A stretch of 49,761 bases of DNA, the filler included, from Catajapyx aquilonaris (Eukaryota): the NCBI GenBank assembly GCA_000934665.2. It is 3 parts of 3 records of this genome, joined end to end, with 100 filler letters (N's around TTAATTAATTAA, not from the genome) between each part and the next. Parts side by side here need not be neighbours in the genome. Positions count along the whole stretch, not along the records: positions 33,295 to 49,761 come from JYFJ02007176.1; 2 more parts are not named here. One strand, 5' to 3'. The notes beneath the pieces were generated by a model, which saw only the letters and a program-made list of their open reading frames with translations, made no database searches and was not told where the DNA came from. Within the stretch, counting starts at the first letter, position 1. Each line of letters begins with the position of its first letter. A program made the translations under genes and the position numbers. Below are positions 47,590 to 49,761 of this stretch, in pieces.

Positions 47590-49761
47590 TATTACACCCA
47601 GTCAAAAATGGTGTAAGTCCATGCGATTTGTAGGATCATTATGGTGTAAGTCACATATGATTTTTTATCAATAAATCAAAGGCTAATTCCACGCGTGACT
47701 TACAAGACATGACACTCAGTTTATGCCTAACTTTTAATTTTTTAAAGCACAAACTTAGCATTTAAGGAAAGGGTGTTTAAACCTAATTATGCACTTTGTA
47801 TCTAAGTGTTAATTAATGTTTTGATTTTAACAGTTGCACATTTCATTTGAGTTATATAAATATAAAAAGGAATGTGTGACTTACACGACAAGAAAGCCAC
47901 TGGTAATGGAGGCTTCAGATATGAATGTAACATTCTTCACATTTATGACAATGTTAGTGTTATTGTAGGGAGGATATTTTCAAAGACCCTAATTAAAATA
48001 TTATTATGTGAACTTGGTGTTATGCTATTAATTTTACAAGAAAAAAAAAATCTTTTGTGACTTACACGACACTCGAAACGTGACTTACACGACACTTTTG
48101 TCCTCATTGCTTTCTGATGAGATTTATGAGAAGAATTTTAGATTTTTAGGACAGAAACAAAGTAATCTCTCTTATTACATGTTATTTTATTAAAAGATTT
48201 AAATTATAGGCCTAGATGAGAATGTGCAGGGCAACAATAATTCTTATAATTAACATTTTTGAACATGTATAATGCATATGTGTGTACCTGAGCAGACAGC
48301 AGTGGATTCATTGTATTGCCATGTGAGATGGCCAGGTGTGATACCTGATGGTCATCGCTGGCCACCCTGTCATGGGATGTAATGCCATGAAGGCGGAATG
48401 TGTATGTAGGCTACTTCAATGTATGTAGTCTATATGTGTGTATAAAATGGTCTATAAATTGGTATAACTTGCCCAACAAAGCATGTAGTGAGTTCTGTCC
48501 ATTACATTTGCAGTCAATGACAGTCCAGTTATCTGCTTTATTATCTGTAAAACTAAAAGCGGATTCCATACTATTTGTGGATTCTGTAGGCAAATTACAC
48601 ATCTGGGATGAATTAGCAGGTATGAGTACCAGAAGTCTGTGGCACAATGACTTTAAAAAGTCAAGTTAAAAATAAACAATATAAAATGCAAGAATGGAAG
48701 CATTGGAAATAAGAGAATGTTCTAGTTCATAATGTCCAAGTGTACTGAAATAATGAGATTTCCTTAGTCAGGAAAATAAACAACTTCATTTCTAGTAGGA
48801 GTTCACATTTCATCAAGCATAGCTATTCTTCTTTAAATGTCCTTTGATTCAATGAATATAATATTAATATTTGGATAAACTCTATATAGGCAACTTCTGC
48901 AAATTCGCCAGCTGTGTTTGGATCAAACTGTCTGGCATTGATGGCTTCTCAAACTCTACATTTTACCTTCAAAGCTTCTCTCTCACTAAAAGTCATCCAT
49001 TTTTTTTTTAAATTGCACATTTCTTTTTGCCCTGCCAATGCACTTATCTAGGACAGCTCTTACTTCCCTTCTTGCTTTAACTATGACATTTGCTTTTTCT
49101 TCCATTCCACTACTGTAAGTGCCATTTTAACAGCCAGGAAACAATAGTGACAGTGGCATCCAAGCAGAATCGTGACTTACACTACAAAAATTAAATGGCC
49201 ATAACAATGTTCAGACAAAAATTACCTCAAAATTTTTATTACTATTTGAAGGGTACTACTGTGTTGTGAGAAGGTAATTAATATCAACTTTTAGATTTTG
49301 GTACTACAGCTAAAAATTTAAAAAGGTCTAAAAACTGTGACTTACACGACACACAAATGTGGTATTTAAACTGGCTAATTTTTATGCTGAATAAGTCATT
49401 GCAATGGAAAGATAAATATATAGTACATTCATCCAGTTCTTGTGTGATAGAAATCACAGTTTACTGCATGAAAAACACTAGCTTACCTGTTGAAGTATGA
49501 AGATTTTTATGGAGCCTTAGAACAAAGAAAGTACACCCGCCATATTGGAAATAAACAGTGTTGTTAACTTGAATGTATGTGTGATATCTGTTCAAAAATA
49601 AAAAATACACAATCTCAGCTTTCAGAAAATACCATAATATCATAGAAATTATTTAATTTAAAATCTGACCCTGATGTATACTTTTGCATGGAATTAGCCC
49701 AAATTGAAGCAGTGAGAACCAGAAGTTGATAAGTCCATTTTTGGAGATTTTGAGATAAGGT

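Overview
Eukaryotic, arthropod-like genomic DNA. It appears to be three separate contigs of about 16.5 kb (1-16553, 16654-33194, 33295-49761) joined by artificial 100-nt N44-TTAATTAATTAA-N44 linkers, so adjacency across the linkers is not evidence of linkage. Contig 1 carries a complete two-coding-exon bifunctional glutamyl-prolyl-tRNA synthetase gene (EPRS, about 1451 aa, 3 WHEP repeats) among SINEs, MITEs, Helitron pieces, a DD41D transposase relic and a ~150-bp periodic array. Contig 2 carries the first four coding exons of a minus-strand tweety (TTYH) gene that the ORF track does not assemble; its introns hold a cluster of long hairpins. Contig 3 carries an inverted-duplicated exon next to a palindrome array, hAT and maT transposase relics, a SPOP-like BTB exon with an internally duplicated motif, an 84-bp minisatellite, and a divergent exuperantia-like gene with acidic N-terminal repeats and a duplicated 3' end. 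No CRISPR array or prokaryotic system is supported. All family assignments come from recalled motifs, not database searches.
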